Source: Burkholderiales bacterium
Lineage (GTDB): Bacteria > Pseudomonadota > Gammaproteobacteria > Burkholderiales > SG8-39
Direction of reading: 5' to 3'
NCBI GenBank assembly: GCA_038319115.1
Contig: JBBQCV010000002.1
Span: 1-56,990 of the forward strand
Length of the DNA: 56,990 bases
The notes beneath the pieces are model-generated. The model worked only from the letters and a program-made list of their open reading frames with translations. It was not told the DNA's origin and ran no database searches. This document shows, piece after piece, positions 36,314 through 46,486 of this stretch; position 1 is the first letter of the stretch, and the number at the start of each line of letters is the position of its first letter. The translations under genes and the position numbers were made by a program.

Positions 36314-37837
36314 ATGCTACAAGCCGCTGACCTGACCATCCGGCTCAATCCCGCCGACGATGTCGTAATCGCGCGCGTCGAGATCCCGTCCGGCACGACG
36401 CTCGTCAAGGAAGGGGGCGTCCGCGTTGCCGCCACCGTCCCGGCGGGCCACAAGGTCGCCGTGCGCGCCGTGCCCAAGGGCGGGCCCGTGCGCCGCTACG
36501 ACCAGATCATCGGCTTCGCCTCGCAAGACATCGCCGCCGGCGACCACGTGCACGTGCATAACCTCGCCATGGGCGACTTCCAGCGCGATTACGCCTATTG
36601 CGTGGACATTAAACCGACCGAGTTCGTCCAACCGGCGGCTAACTTCCAGGGCATCGTGCGGCCCGATGGCCGCGTGGCGACGCGCAATTACATCGGCATC
36701 CTGACCAGCGTGAACTGCTCGGCCACGGTGGCGCGCATGGTGGCCGACCATTTTCGCAATCGCCTCGGCGACTACCCGAACGTGGACGGCGTGGTAGCTC
36801 TCACCCACAAGTCCGGCTGCGGCATGGCCTCCGAAGGCGAGGCGATGGACCTCCTGCGCCGCACCATGGCGGGGTATGCGCGCCATCCGAATTTCCACAC
36901 CGTGCAGGTCGTCGGCCTGGGGTGCGAGGCGAACCAGATCTCCAGCTTCGTGTCGACGCAGGAACTCAAGCGCAGCGACAAGTTTTCCACCTACACCATC
37001 CAGGGCACGGGCGGCACGATGAAGGCCGTGCGCGAAGGCATAGCGCGGGTCGAAGCGGCACTGCCCGAGGCCAACATGGCGGTGCGGGTCAGCGTCCCGG
37101 CGAACCACCTGACGCTGGGGCTGCAATGCGGCGGGTCGGACGGCTATTCCGGCATCAGCGCCAACCCGGCGCTGGGCGCGGCGGTCGACCTCCTCGTGCG
37201 CCACGGCGGCACGGCCATCCTGTCGGAAACGCCGGAAATCTACGGCGCCGAGCACCTGCTCACGCGGCGCGCGGTCAGTCGCGAGGTGGGCGAGAAACTC
37301 ATCCGCCGCATCCGCTGGTGGGAGGAGTACACCAGCCGCAATGGCAACGAGATGAACAACAATCCTTCCCCCGGCAACAAGGCCGGCGGTCTCACTACCA
37401 TCCTCGAGAAATCGCTGGGCGCGGTGGCCAAGGGCGGCACCTCGAACCTGGTCGACGTGCTCGAGTATGCGCAGCCCGTGGCGGTCAAGGGATTCAATTA
37501 CATGGACACGCCGGGCTACGACCCGGTTTCCGCCACCGGCCAGGTCGCCGGCGGCGCCAACATGATCCTGTTCACGACCGGGCGCGGATCGGCGTACGGC
37601 TGCAAGCCCGCCCCGTCGCTCAAGCTCGCGACCAACAGCTTCCTGTTCGGCCACCAGGAAGAGGACATGGACCTCAACTGCGGCACCATCATCGATGGGA
37701 AGGAATCGGTGGCACAGGTCGGCCAGCGCATTTTCGACCTGATCCTCGAGACCGCCTCGGGGAGCAAATCCAAGAGCGAACAGTGGGGCTACGGCGAGGA
37801 CGAATTCGCGCCGTGGGTCCTCGGCGCCACCATGTAA
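36314..37837 (+). CDS. UxaA/GarD-family sugar-acid dehydratase (altronate/galactarate dehydratase-like), full length with N-terminal SAF domain
   Basis: 507 aa. SAF-like N-terminus (...AGHKVAVRAV.KG..V.RYDQIIGFA...I..GDHVH.HN), then NYIGILTSVNCSA, THKSGCGM, GLGCEANQ, GLQCGGSDG.SG and FTTGRGS. Confidence 0.8.
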   Translation: MLQAADLTIRLNPADDVVIARVEIPSGTTLVKEGGVRVAATVPAGHKVAVRAVPKGGPVRRYDQIIGFASQDIAAGDHVHVHNLAMGDFQRDYAYCVDIKPTEFVQPAANFQGIVRPDGRVATRNYIGILTSVNCSATVARMVADHFRNRLGDYPNVDGVVALTHKSGCGMASEGEAMDLLRRTMAGYARHPNFHTVQVVGLGCEANQISSFVSTQELKRSDKFSTYTIQGTGGTMKAVREGIARVEAALPEANMAVRVSVPANHLTLGLQCGGSDGYSGISANPALGAAVDLLVRHGGTAILSETPEIYGAEHLLTRRAVSREVGEKLIRRIRWWEEYTSRNGNEMNNNPSPGNKAGGLTTILEKSLGAVAKGGTSNLVDVLEYAQPVAVKGFNYMDTPGYDPVSATGQVAGGANMILFTTGRGSAYGCKPAPSLKLATNSFLFGHQEEDMDLNCGTIIDGKESVAQVGQRIFDLILETASGSKSKSEQWGYGEDEFAPWVLGATM

Positions 37838-37857
37838 TCCACAGGAAGACAGCCTCC

Positions 37858-38535
37858 ATGCCAATCGGTTTTCGTATCCTCACTTCGCCGCCGCGGGCCG
37901 ACGCCCGCCTGCTGGCCGCCTTCGCGGTGTTGCCGACCTCGAACATCAGCGACAACATGCTGCGCCACTACGGCAGTGGTGCCCGCCTGAGGCCCTACCA
38001 CCGGGGCGGAGTGCTCGTAGGGACTGCCTTTACCGTCAAAACGCGCGCGGGCGACAACCTCCTGACCCACAAGGCGATCGACATGGCTGCGCCGGGCGAT
38101 GTGATCCTCGTGGATGCGGGCGGGGGGCTCGACCACGCGATCGTGGGGGAGATCATGACGTCGCACGCAAACAAGCGCGGCGTCGCCGGCATGGTCATCG
38201 ACGGCGCAATCCGCGATGCGGAGGCGATAGCCGCCAGCAAATTCCCGGTGTACGCCTGCGGCGTGACCCATCGCGGCCCGTATAAGGACGGCCCGGGGGA
38301 AATCAACGTGCCGGTTTCGATCGCCGGGATGATCGTGAACCCGGGCGACATCATCGTGGGCGATGCGGATGGGGTGGTCGCCATTGCGCAATCCGATGCG
38401 GAAAAGATCCTCGCGCTGACGATCGCGCAGAAGCAAAAAGAGGACTCCACCCTTGCCGCAATCGCTGCCGGCACTCCGGTCGATCGCAACTGGGTGGACA
38501 AGATGCTGCGCGACAGCGGCTGCAGCTTTCCCTGA
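37858..38535 (+). CDS. RraA-family protein (HMG/CHA-aldolase fold); candidate 2-keto-3-deoxy-acid aldolase or decarboxylase
   Basis: 225 aa from the ATG at 37858. ...GDVILVDAGGGLDHAIVGEIMTSHANKRGVAGMVIDGAIRDAEAI...FPVYACGVTHRGPYKDGPGEINVPVSIAGMIVNPGDIIVGDADGVV. Confidence 0.7.
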   Translation: MPIGFRILTSPPRADARLLAAFAVLPTSNISDNMLRHYGSGARLRPYHRGGVLVGTAFTVKTRAGDNLLTHKAIDMAAPGDVILVDAGGGLDHAIVGEIMTSHANKRGVAGMVIDGAIRDAEAIAASKFPVYACGVTHRGPYKDGPGEINVPVSIAGMIVNPGDIIVGDADGVVAIAQSDAEKILALTIAQKQKEDSTLAAIAAGTPVDRNWVDKMLRDSGCSFP

Positions 38536-38544
38536 GGACTTGTC

Positions 38545-38910
38545 GTGCCAGTCAAAGTCCTCGCCGCCACTGTAGCCCTCGCCCTGGGCTTTGCCGCCCC
38601 CTCGGGCATGACGGCGTCGAAGCAGGCTTCGAAGCACACCGGTGCGATTGCCTATCACCGTGACTCAGGCAGCTTCGGTTATGCAGTGAATGCGGCCGAT
38701 TCGCGCGCCGCGCGCATCGCCGCTCTCAAGGCCTGCGCGCACCCGAAATGCGAAGTCGTCGCAAGCCTTGCCAAAGATTGCGGCGCGGTCGCCAACGGGC
38801 CGAAACGATTCGTGGCTTCGCGCGGCGCCACGCGGCAGGAAGCCGAGACACGCGCCTTGCGCCTGTGTGGCCCGGGTTGCGAAATCGTCGGCTGGGCCTG
38901 CCCGCGCTGA
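38545..38910 (+). CDS. Secreted DUF4189-domain protein
   Basis: 121 aa with a GTG start. Signal peptide MPVKVLAATVALALGFAAPSGMTA. GAIAYHRDSGSFGYAVN...AARIAALKAC..PKCEVVASLAKDCGAVA...GATRQEAETRALRLCGPGCEIVGWAC matches the DUF4189 cysteine pattern as I recall it. Confidence 0.6.
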   Translation: MPVKVLAATVALALGFAAPSGMTASKQASKHTGAIAYHRDSGSFGYAVNAADSRAARIAALKACAHPKCEVVASLAKDCGAVANGPKRFVASRGATRQEAETRALRLCGPGCEIVGWACPR

Positions 38911-38954
38911 TGCCGGCGCGCAAGCGCATGTCATCCGGCAGGGCAAGGTAATTC

Positions 38955-38982
38955 ATTGCAAATATTGTTCAGCAATTGCAAA
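38955..38982. promoter_or_regulatory. Two copies of ATTGCAAA (each containing the palindrome TTGCAA) spaced exactly 20 bp apart, in an AT-rich intergenic region; candidate operator
   Basis: Read directly at 38955-38962 and 38975-38982, about 50 bp upstream of the 39029 start. No known regulator is assigned. Confidence 0.2.
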
Positions 38983-39028
38983 ACGCGATAGACGGCGGGC
39001 GCCCTGATTTGCTTCAATTGGCGCCATC

Positions 39029-39454
39029 ATGCGGTTATCTATTTGTCTGGTACTCATTCTGTTGGCATGCCGGTTCGGCGGCATCGGCGTCGCACACGCT
39101 GACGCAACCTCGGCGGGGCCGTGCGTGCGCATGACGATATCCGCCACCAACATCGCCACTTTCAGCGACCGGGGGCGCCAGCACTACCGCATATCCTTCG
39201 AGAACCAGTGCGAAAATGTGCGCGTGGTCTACTGGTGTGCAGAGCCGGGCTCCAAGGCGAGCGGCATCAACTCGGAGTGCGTCCAGACCACAGCCAGGCC
39301 CGCCATCGCGGCGCCGCTTTACGCCGTATTGCGGACCCGCGAGTTCCAGTCGACCTACCCGCAGGGAACGCGCATCCGTTTCGTGGACTGCGCGGACTCC
39401 GCTTTCCCCACCAGCGATTTTCGCTGCTCCCCAGGCGGGCAGCGCCCGCGCTGA
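39029..39454 (+). CDS. Exported cysteine-rich hypothetical protein
   Basis: 141 aa. Signal peptide MRLSICLVLILLACRFGGIGVAHA. The mature part has 6 Cys (CVRM, QCEN, YWCAEP, ECVQ, DCAD, RCSP). I recognise no family. Confidence 0.55.
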   Translation: MRLSICLVLILLACRFGGIGVAHADATSAGPCVRMTISATNIATFSDRGRQHYRISFENQCENVRVVYWCAEPGSKASGINSECVQTTARPAIAAPLYAVLRTREFQSTYPQGTRIRFVDCADSAFPTSDFRCSPGGQRPR

Positions 39455-39490
39455 ATCCGCGCTTTCCCGGCATGCGAGAATGCCCGGGCG

Positions 39491-40108
39491 ATGTCGATGC
39501 AATCCCTGCACGGGCTGGTGCCCGAAATAGCCCTCGCCGCCGCGCTCGCGTGGGGCAGCGGGCTGCGGTTGTACGCGGTCCTGTTCGCAGTCGGCCTCGC
39601 CGGATGGCTCGGCTGGCTGGACCTGCCGCAGCACCTGGGCGTCCTTGCGCATCCGCCGGTCATGGCCGCCAGCGGCTTCATGGCCCTGGTCGAGTTCGGC
39701 GCCGACAAGCTGCCGTGGCTGGATTCCCTGTGGGACGCGGTGCATACCTTCATTCGCGTGCCGGCAGGCGCCGCCTTGGCCGCGGCGGTGTTCGGCACTT
39801 CGGATACTTCGGTGTCGCTCATCGCGGCAATCCTGGGCGGGGGCATCGCCGCCGGAACGCACCTGGCCAAAGCCGGCGGACGGGCGGTCATCAACACTTC
39901 GCCTGAGCCGTTCAGCAACTGGTTCGCTTCGTTCACGGAGGACTCGGTGGTTCCTGCCGGCCTTTGGCTTGCCGTCATCCATCCACTCGTATTCCTGGTC
40001 CTGCTCCTTGTTTTCGCCGTGGCCGCCTTCCTGATGCTGCGCACGATCGTCGCGGGGCTGGGCGCGATTCTCCGCTCCCTGCGAACACGCGCCCCCGGCC
40101 CCCGCTAG
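39491..40108 (+). CDS. DUF4126-family integral membrane protein
   Basis: 205 aa, multi-pass and hydrophobic, with the ...EFGADKLPWLDSLWD... motif typical of DUF4126. Confidence 0.6.
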   Translation: MSMQSLHGLVPEIALAAALAWGSGLRLYAVLFAVGLAGWLGWLDLPQHLGVLAHPPVMAASGFMALVEFGADKLPWLDSLWDAVHTFIRVPAGAALAAAVFGTSDTSVSLIAAILGGGIAAGTHLAKAGGRAVINTSPEPFSNWFASFTEDSVVPAGLWLAVIHPLVFLVLLLVFAVAAFLMLRTIVAGLGAILRSLRTRAPGPR

Positions 40109-40111
40109 CGC

Positions 40112-40855
40112 ATGCCAGCCGGACTCAACCGCGTCCCGCGTTTCCACGTGCAGGGCTCGCTCGCCCCGGGCGCGCAATTCAGTCTTGCGCCCGACGCGAG
40201 CCACCACGCCACGCGCGTGCTGCGCTTACGTGAGGGCGACGCAATCGTGGTGTTCGACGGCAGCGGCGGCGAGTACACCGCGACGATCGTGCGCATGCAG
40301 CGCGGCGGGCTCGACCTGCAGGTCGGCGCGTTCAATCCGATCGACCGCGAGTCGCCGCTTGCGATCACGCTCGTCCAGGCGATTTCCGCCGGCGACCGCA
40401 TGGACCTCACCATCCAGAAGGCGGTTGAACTCGGCGCGGCCTCGATCCATCCCGTGTTGGCCGAACGCTCCGTCGTGCGCCTCAAAGGCGAGCGCAGCGA
40501 CAATCGCCGCGACCACTGGCAGAGGATCGCCGTGGCGGCGTGCGAGCAGTGCGGGCGTAACCGGGTTCCCACAGTGGCGATGGCCGTCGAAGTCGCCAGT
40601 TACGCCGCACCTGCCGATGCGCTCAAGCTGCTGCTCTCGCCGGGTGCTGCGACCAGGCTCAGCAGCGCCGGTGCGACAAGCGCAAAACCGATCGTCATCG
40701 CGGCCGGTCCTGAGGCGGGATTCAGTCCCCGCGAGGAAGCGATGCTGGTGGCAGCGGGTTTCGTGCCGGTGCAACTGGGTCCCCGAGTCCTGCGCACCGA
40801 AACGGCCGCCCCGGCGGCCCTGGCCGCGCTGAACGCGTTGTACGGGGACGCCTGA
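40112..40855 (+). CDS. rsmE: 16S rRNA (uracil1498-N3)-methyltransferase
   Basis: 247 aa. RVPRFHV...HHATRVLRLREGD.I.VFDG.GGEY.A.I, QA....DRMD..IQKAVELGA..I.P, GPEAGFS..E and LGPRVLRTETA are RsmE motifs. Confidence 0.85.
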   Translation: MPAGLNRVPRFHVQGSLAPGAQFSLAPDASHHATRVLRLREGDAIVVFDGSGGEYTATIVRMQRGGLDLQVGAFNPIDRESPLAITLVQAISAGDRMDLTIQKAVELGAASIHPVLAERSVVRLKGERSDNRRDHWQRIAVAACEQCGRNRVPTVAMAVEVASYAAPADALKLLLSPGAATRLSSAGATSAKPIVIAAGPEAGFSPREEAMLVAAGFVPVQLGPRVLRTETAAPAALAALNALYGDA

Positions 40856-40947
40856 GGATCGGCTGGGCCGGGGCGCCCCCCCGGCGGGCTGCGTTGCGAG
40901 GCTGGCATACTAGCCGCCGCGCCAACGACAATCCACCTCCCCCCCCG

Positions 40948-42270
40948 ATGCAGCCCACACCGCAACCCGAAGCCTTCGTCCGCTGGTTCCGCCAGACCGC
41001 GCCGTACCTGCATGCGTTCGGCGGCCGTACGTTCGTGGTCGCCTTCGGCGGGGAACTGGTCACCGACCGCGCCCGCTTCACCCATTTCATCCAGGACATC
41101 AACCTGCTCGCCGCCCTGGGTATCCGGCTCGTGCTGGTGCATGGGGCCCGCCCCCAGATCGAGGCCGCCCTCAAGAGCGCCGGGCAGCGGTCGCGGTTCA
41201 CCAAGGGCCACCGCATCACCGACGAAGCCGCACTGACGGCGGTCAAGCATGCTGCGGGTGCCTTGCGCGTCGAGCTCGAAGCCCTGCTCTCGCAAGGCCT
41301 CCCGAATTCGCCGATGGCCGGCGCCGACATCCGCGTCGCGTCCGGCAACTACATCACCGCACGCCCGATCGGCGTGGTCAACGGCATCGACCTGCAGTTC
41401 ACGGGGATGGTGCGCAAGGTCGATGCGATCGCGATCAAGCGCCGTTTGGAGGCCGAAGAGATCGTCCTCGTCCCGCATATCGGCTACTCCCCGACCGGCG
41501 AAGTCTTCAACCTCGGGTGGGAGGATGTCGCCTGCAGCGTAGCCGTGGCGCTCAAGGCCGACAAGCTGCTGATCTTCTCGGACTGGCTGCCGACCGATCG
41601 CAAGGGCGAGGTCATTGCCGAGATGACCGCCAAGGAAGCCGAGGCGATGGCAGGCAAGAGCGGCATCCCGCCGGCCTCGGCGCGCACGCTCGAGTGCGCG
41701 CTGCATTCGCTCGCCGCTGGCGTGCCGCGGGCACACCTGCTTTCGCGGCGCAGCTGGGGGGCGATCCCGCTCGAGCTGTTCACCCATTCGGGCGTGGGAA
41801 CCATGATCACCGCCGACCCGGTGGAATTGATCCGCACGGCGCGCGTCGAGGACGTGCGCGGCATCATCGCCCTGATCGAGCCGCTCGAAGCCGAAGGGGC
41901 GCTGGTCAAGCGCAACCGGGAGATGCTCGAGAGCGAAGTCGGCAACTTCACGGTCGTTGAGCACGACGGCGTGATCGTCGGCTGCGCTGCGCTCTACCCG
42001 TTTCCGGAAGAAAAGAGCGCCGAGTTTGCGTGCTTCGCGGTAGCCCCCGAATACCGCGACGCGGGCTATGGCGAGCAATTGCTGCACGCGTGCGAGGTGC
42101 GCGCCCGCTCACTCAAGATCCGCCGCCTTTTCGCGCTCACGACGCGCGCGGCGCACTGGTTCCTCGAGCAGGGCTTCAGGCCGGCCGACATCAGCGCGCT
42201 GCCGGAGCAAAAGCAGGCACTTTACAACTGGAAGCGCAATTCGAAGGTGTTCAAAAAGCGCCTGCGCTAG
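40948..42270 (+). CDS. argA: Amino-acid N-acetyltransferase (N-acetylglutamate synthase)
   Basis: 440 aa from the ATG at 40948. [27 protein letters not shown] is an AAK-fold N-terminus. The C-terminal GNAT domain has ...[17 protein letters not shown]. Confidence 0.85.
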   Translation: MQPTPQPEAFVRWFRQTAPYLHAFGGRTFVVAFGGELVTDRARFTHFIQDINLLAALGIRLVLVHGARPQIEAALKSAGQRSRFTKGHRITDEAALTAVKHAAGALRVELEALLSQGLPNSPMAGADIRVASGNYITARPIGVVNGIDLQFTGMVRKVDAIAIKRRLEAEEIVLVPHIGYSPTGEVFNLGWEDVACSVAVALKADKLLIFSDWLPTDRKGEVIAEMTAKEAEAMAGKSGIPPASARTLECALHSLAAGVPRAHLLSRRSWGAIPLELFTHSGVGTMITADPVELIRTARVEDVRGIIALIEPLEAEGALVKRNREMLESEVGNFTVVEHDGVIVGCAALYPFPEEKSAEFACFAVAPEYRDAGYGEQLLHACEVRARSLKIRRLFALTTRAAHWFLEQGFRPADISALPEQKQALYNWKRNSKVFKKRLR

Positions 42271-42302
42271 AATCGCTGCCTTGCGAACCACAGGAATTAC
42301 CC

Positions 42303-42575
42303 ATGGCACGAATGGTCAATTGCGTGAAGCTTGGGCGGGAAGCCGAGGGCCTGGATGCGCCGACCTATCCCGGCCCGCTCGGCAAGCGCATCTATGAAAA
42401 CGTTTCGAAGGAAGCCTGGCAGGGCTGGTTGCGCCACCAGACCATGCTGGTGAACGAAAACCGCCTCAACCTCGCCGACCCCAAGGCGCGCAAGTACCTG
42501 GTCGAGCAGATGGAGAAGCATTTTTTCGGCGACGGCGCCGACGCCGCCGCAGGGTACGTTCCTCCCAAACCGTAG
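42303..42575 (+). CDS. yggX: Fe(2+)-trafficking / oxidative-damage protection protein
   Basis: 90 aa. [56 protein letters not shown] is collinear with E. coli YggX. Confidence 0.9.
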   Translation: MARMVNCVKLGREAEGLDAPTYPGPLGKRIYENVSKEAWQGWLRHQTMLVNENRLNLADPKARKYLVEQMEKHFFGDGADAAAGYVPPKP

Positions 42576-42589
42576 CGCGGTGCCCCGCA

Positions 42590-42614
42590 CCTCACGGCCG
42601 GTCAGGCCGTGAGG
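42590..42614. terminator. GC-rich hairpin between convergent yggX and rpiA (10-bp stem, no U-tract); it overlaps the rpiA stop codon
   Basis: cctcacggcc-ggtca-ggccgtgagg, read directly. Confidence 0.4.
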
Positions 42615-43261
42615 ACCCTGACCCCGTCGGCCGAGCCCAGCAGCAGGATGTCGGCGGGCCGGTGCGCGAATAACCCGTTGGTCACGACCCCCGCGATGTC
42701 GTTCAGCTCGCTTTCGAGCCGGGCCGGGTCGGTCATGTCAAGGTTGTGGCAATCCAGGATAAGGTTGCCGTTATCGGTGGTGAATTTTTCCCGCAGCACA
42801 GGGTGACCGCCCCGGCGCAGCAACTCGCGCCCCACATGGCCGCGCGCCATGGGAATGACTTCGACCGGCAGCGGGAATTTCCCCAGCACCGGCACCAGTT
42901 TGGACGCATCGCAAATGCAGACGAACTTCTGCGCCACGGCGGCGATGATCTTCTCGCGCGTGAGCGCTCCGCCGCCGCCCTTGATCATCTGCAGGTGCGC
43001 GGTGACCTCGTCCGCCCCGTCGACGTAAACCGGCAGCGCGTCCACCGAATTGAGCTCGAATACGCGGATGCCGTGCTTGCGCAGCCGCTCGGCACTCGCC
43101 TCCGACGCAGCGACCGCCCCTTCGATGCGTCCCTTGATCGCAGCGAGGGCATCGATGAAGAAATTCACCGTCGACCCGGAGCCCACGCCGACCACTGTGT
43201 CGTCTGCGACCTGCTTGAGGGCCTCGCGTGCGACCGCCTGCTTGAGCTCGTCCTGCGTCAC
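42602..43261 (-). CDS. rpiA: Ribose-5-phosphate isomerase A
   Basis: 219 aa from the GTG at 43261. (M)[14 protein letters not shown]...[14 protein letters not shown]...DGADEV...[14 protein letters not shown]...FPLPVEVIP is collinear with E. coli RpiA from its first residue. The GTG overlaps the lpdA stop (GTGA at 43258-43261). Confidence 0.9.
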   Translation of the reverse strand: MTQDELKQAVAREALKQVADDTVVGVGSGSTVNFFIDALAAIKGRIEGAVAASEASAERLRKHGIRVFELNSVDALPVYVDGADEVTAHLQMIKGGGGALTREKIIAAVAQKFVCICDASKLVPVLGKFPLPVEVIPMARGHVGRELLRRGGHPVLREKFTTDNGNLILDCHNLDMTDPARLESELNDIAGVVTNGLFAHRPADILLLGSADGVRVLTA

Positions 43262-45081
43262 TTCTTGCGCACCGGAGGCATGTCGGTGCAGACGCCCTCG
43301 TAGAGTTCGGCGGCCATGCCGACCGATTCGCCCAGGGTCGGATGGGGATGGATCGTCTTGCCGATATCGACCGCGTCGGCTCCCATCTCGATGGCAAGCG
43401 CAAGCTCGCTGATGAGGTCGCCCGCCCCCGTGCCCACGATGCCCGCACCGACGATCCGGTGCGTCTCGGCGTCGAACAGGAGCTTGGTAAACCCTTCGTC
43501 GCGGCCGTTGGCGATGGCACGGCCCGAGGCCGCCCACGGGAACTTGCTCACCCCGATCTTGACGCCCTGTTTGCGCGCGTCTTCTTCGGTAAGGCCCACC
43601 CACGCCACTTCCGGATCCGTATAGGCAACGCCGGGAATGACGCGCGCATCGAAATGCGACTTCTCCCCCGCCGCCGCCTCTGCGGCCACGTGCCCCTCGT
43701 GCACCGCCTTGTGCGCGAGCATCGGCTGCCCGGCGATGTCGCCGATGGCGAAGATGTGCCGGACGTTGGTGCGCATCTGGCTATCGACGCGAATGAAGCC
43801 GCGTTCGTCGACGGCCACGCCGGCCTTGTCTGCCCCGATCTTGTTGCCGTTGGGCGAGCGGCCCACCGACACCAGCACCAGATCGTAGGTTTGCGGCTCC
43901 TTGGGGGCCTTGTCGCCCTCGAACCACGTCTTGATCCCCGCGGAAGTCACCTCGACCTTGGTTGTCTTGGTTTTGAGCATGATGTTGTCGAAGCGCGCGG
44001 CGTTGAATTTCTGCCACACCGCAACCAGGTCCCGGTCCGGGCCGGCCATGAGGGAATCCATCATCTCGACCACATCCAGCCGCGCCCCGAGCGTCGAATA
44101 CACCGTTCCCATCTCAAGGCCGATGATGCCGCCGCCGATCACCAGCATGCGCTTGGGCACGCTCTTCAAGTCCAGCGCGCCGGTGGAATCGACGATGCGC
44201 GGGTCCTCAGGCAGGAAGGGTAGCTTCGCGGCCTGCGAGCCCGCCGCGATGATCGCATTGGCAAAGCGCACCAGCTTGCGGCCATCCTTGGTCTCGACCG
44301 CCAGCACGTTCGCGTCGGCGAAGCTGCCGGTCCCCTCGAGGATGGTGACCTTGCGCAGCTTGGCCATGCCGGCCAGGCCGCCTGTGAGCTTGCCGACCAC
44401 CTTGTCTTTCCACGCGCGCAGTTTCTTGAGGTCGATCGCGGGCTTGCCGAATGCAATGCCGTGCTCGGCCAGATGTGAGGCTTCGTCCATGACCGCCGCC
44501 ACATGCAACAGCGCCTTGGAAGGGATGCACCCGACGTTGAGGCAGACGCCGCCCAGCGTCGGATAGCGTTCCACAAGGACCACTTTCTTGCCGAGGTCCG
44601 CCGCGCGGAACGCCGCCGAGTAACCGCCGGGGCCGGAACCGAGCACGACGACATCGCATTCGATATCGGCCTTGGCGCCGCTGGGTGCCGCTGGGGCGGG
44701 GGTAACAGCGGGTGGCCCACCCGGGACCGAATCTCGGTCCTCAGCCGACTTCGGGGCCTGCGCCGCACCTGGCGGGGCGGCACCGGGCTGTGCATCGCCT
44801 TTGGCAGTATTTTGGCTGGAGACTGGCGCCGGGCCTGGGGATTCGGCTGAAATTGTCAGTATTAAGGAGCCCTCGGCGACCTTGTCGCCCAGCTTGACTT
44901 TGACTTCTTCCACGACCCCGGCCGAGGGCGAAGGGATCTCCATCGTGGCCTTGTCGGACTCCACCGTAATGAGCGAAGTCTCCTTCTCGACCCGGTCGCC
45001 CGGCTTCACGAGGATCTCGATGACGCCGACTTCCTTGAAGTCGCCGATGTCCGGGACCTTGATCTCGATGTGATTTGCCAT
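43258..45081 (-). CDS. lpdA: Dihydrolipoyl dehydrogenase (E3) with an N-terminal lipoyl-attachment domain
   Basis: 607 aa. Residues 1-78 form a lipoyl domain ([15 protein letters not shown]). A Pro/Ala linker follows, then the FAD motif [14 protein letters not shown], the redox-active [13 protein letters not shown] and C-terminal HPHPTLGE. Confidence 0.9.
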   Translation of the reverse strand: MANHIEIKVPDIGDFKEVGVIEILVKPGDRVEKETSLITVESDKATMEIPSPSAGVVEEVKVKLGDKVAEGSLILTISAESPGPAPVSSQNTAKGDAQPGAAPPGAAQAPKSAEDRDSVPGGPPAVTPAPAAPSGAKADIECDVVVLGSGPGGYSAAFRAADLGKKVVLVERYPTLGGVCLNVGCIPSKALLHVAAVMDEASHLAEHGIAFGKPAIDLKKLRAWKDKVVGKLTGGLAGMAKLRKVTILEGTGSFADANVLAVETKDGRKLVRFANAIIAAGSQAAKLPFLPEDPRIVDSTGALDLKSVPKRMLVIGGGIIGLEMGTVYSTLGARLDVVEMMDSLMAGPDRDLVAVWQKFNAARFDNIMLKTKTTKVEVTSAGIKTWFEGDKAPKEPQTYDLVLVSVGRSPNGNKIGADKAGVAVDERGFIRVDSQMRTNVRHIFAIGDIAGQPMLAHKAVHEGHVAAEAAAGEKSHFDARVIPGVAYTDPEVAWVGLTEEDARKQGVKIGVSKFPWAASGRAIANGRDEGFTKLLFDAETHRIVGAGIVGTGAGDLISELALAIEMGADAVDIGKTIHPHPTLGESVGMAAELYEGVCTDMPPVRKK

Positions 45082-46446
45082 CTAGAGCAGCGACCGGCGG
45101 ATGTCGGACAGCACCGAAACCAGGTAGGTGGTGAAGCGCGCGCCTGCTGCTCCATCAATCACGCGATGATCATACGAAAGCGAAAGTGGCAACACGAGGC
45201 GCGGGGCGAATTCCTTACCGGTCCACACCGGGCGCATCACCGAGCGCGAAACACCGAGGATGGCGACCTCCGGCGCATTGATGATGGGAGTGAACATCGT
45301 CCCGCCGATGCCGCCCAGGCTGGAGATCGAGAACGTACCGCCCTGCATGTCACCGGGCTTGAGCTTCTTGTCCTTGGCGAGCTTGGATACTTCGCCCAGC
45401 TCGCGCGCCAGGTCGAAGACTCCCTTGCGGTCGGCATCGCGGATCACCGGCACCACGAGGCCCTCGGGCGTGTCCACGGCCACGCCGATGTGGAAATATT
45501 TCTTGATGACGAGGTTCTCACCGGACTTGTCGAGCGACGCGTTGAACTCGGGGAACTGCCGTAGCGCGGTCACGCTTGCCTTGATGAGGAACGCAAGCAT
45601 GGTGAGCTTGAATCCCTGCTTTTCGGTGTCCGCGGTGTTGGATTTGCGGAACGCCTCGAGGTCGGTAATGTCGGCCTCGTCGAACTGGGTGATGTGCGGG
45701 ATCGAGATCCAGTTGCGGTGCAGGAATGCGCCGGAGATCTTCTTGATGCGCGAAAGCGGCTTGGTCTCGATGGGCCCGAACTTGGCGAAATCGACATTGG
45801 CGAGCTCGGGCAGGTTGAACGGCAGCGCGCCTGGGGCCCCCGACGCCGGTGCCGCAGCCTTTGCGCCCGACAGTACGCCTTTGACGAAACCCTGCACATC
45901 TTCGCGTGTGATGCGACTTTTCGGCCCCGACCCTTTGACCTTGCCCAGCTCGACGCCCAGCTCGCGTGCAAACGCCCGGATCGAAGGGCTGGCGTGCGGC
46001 TTCGACACCGTGACCTCCTGCGGCTCGACCGGGACCGGGTCGGGCTTGGCGAGCGAGGGAACTTCCGACTCCCTCGGCGCACGCTCGGGCTCTGCCGTTT
46101 TCTCTGCCGGTGCTTCAGCAGGCGCGGGCTTGGCGGGTGCGGGCTCTGCCGCAGGTGGCGGCGAAGCGGCCTTTTCGGGCGACTGGGCCGGCGGCGCTTC
46201 GCCGGTGGCTTCCTCGAGGATCAGGATGACCGAGCCTTCGGCCACCTTGTCACCGAGCTTGATCCTGAGTTCTTTCACCACCCCCGCGGAGGGCGACGGG
46301 ATTTCCATCGTCGCCTTGTCCGACTCCACCGTGATGAGCGAGGTCTCCTTTTCCACCCGATCGCCGGGGGCGACGAGTACTTCGATGACGCCGACTTCCT
46401 TGAAGTCGCCGATGTCGGGAACCTTTACTTCGGTCGAACCGGCCAT
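45082..46446 (-). CDS. aceF: Dihydrolipoamide acetyltransferase (PDH E2) with a single lipoyl domain
   Basis: 454 aa from the ATG at 46446. It has a lipoyl domain ([15 protein letters not shown]), an Ala/Pro linker, the E3-binding domain [14 protein letters not shown], and the catalytic domain ending in [13 protein letters not shown]. Its stop TAG directly abuts the lpdA ATG. Confidence 0.9.
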   Translation of the reverse strand: MAGSTEVKVPDIGDFKEVGVIEVLVAPGDRVEKETSLITVESDKATMEIPSPSAGVVKELRIKLGDKVAEGSVILILEEATGEAPPAQSPEKAASPPPAAEPAPAKPAPAEAPAEKTAEPERAPRESEVPSLAKPDPVPVEPQEVTVSKPHASPSIRAFARELGVELGKVKGSGPKSRITREDVQGFVKGVLSGAKAAAPASGAPGALPFNLPELANVDFAKFGPIETKPLSRIKKISGAFLHRNWISIPHITQFDEADITDLEAFRKSNTADTEKQGFKLTMLAFLIKASVTALRQFPEFNASLDKSGENLVIKKYFHIGVAVDTPEGLVVPVIRDADRKGVFDLARELGEVSKLAKDKKLKPGDMQGGTFSISSLGGIGGTMFTPIINAPEVAILGVSRSVMRPVWTGKEFAPRLVLPLSLSYDHRVIDGAAGARFTTYLVSVLSDIRRSLL

Positions 46447-46486
46447 TTTCGGGCTCTGCCTTTTTTGTAGGGTGAGGCGATGCTCG

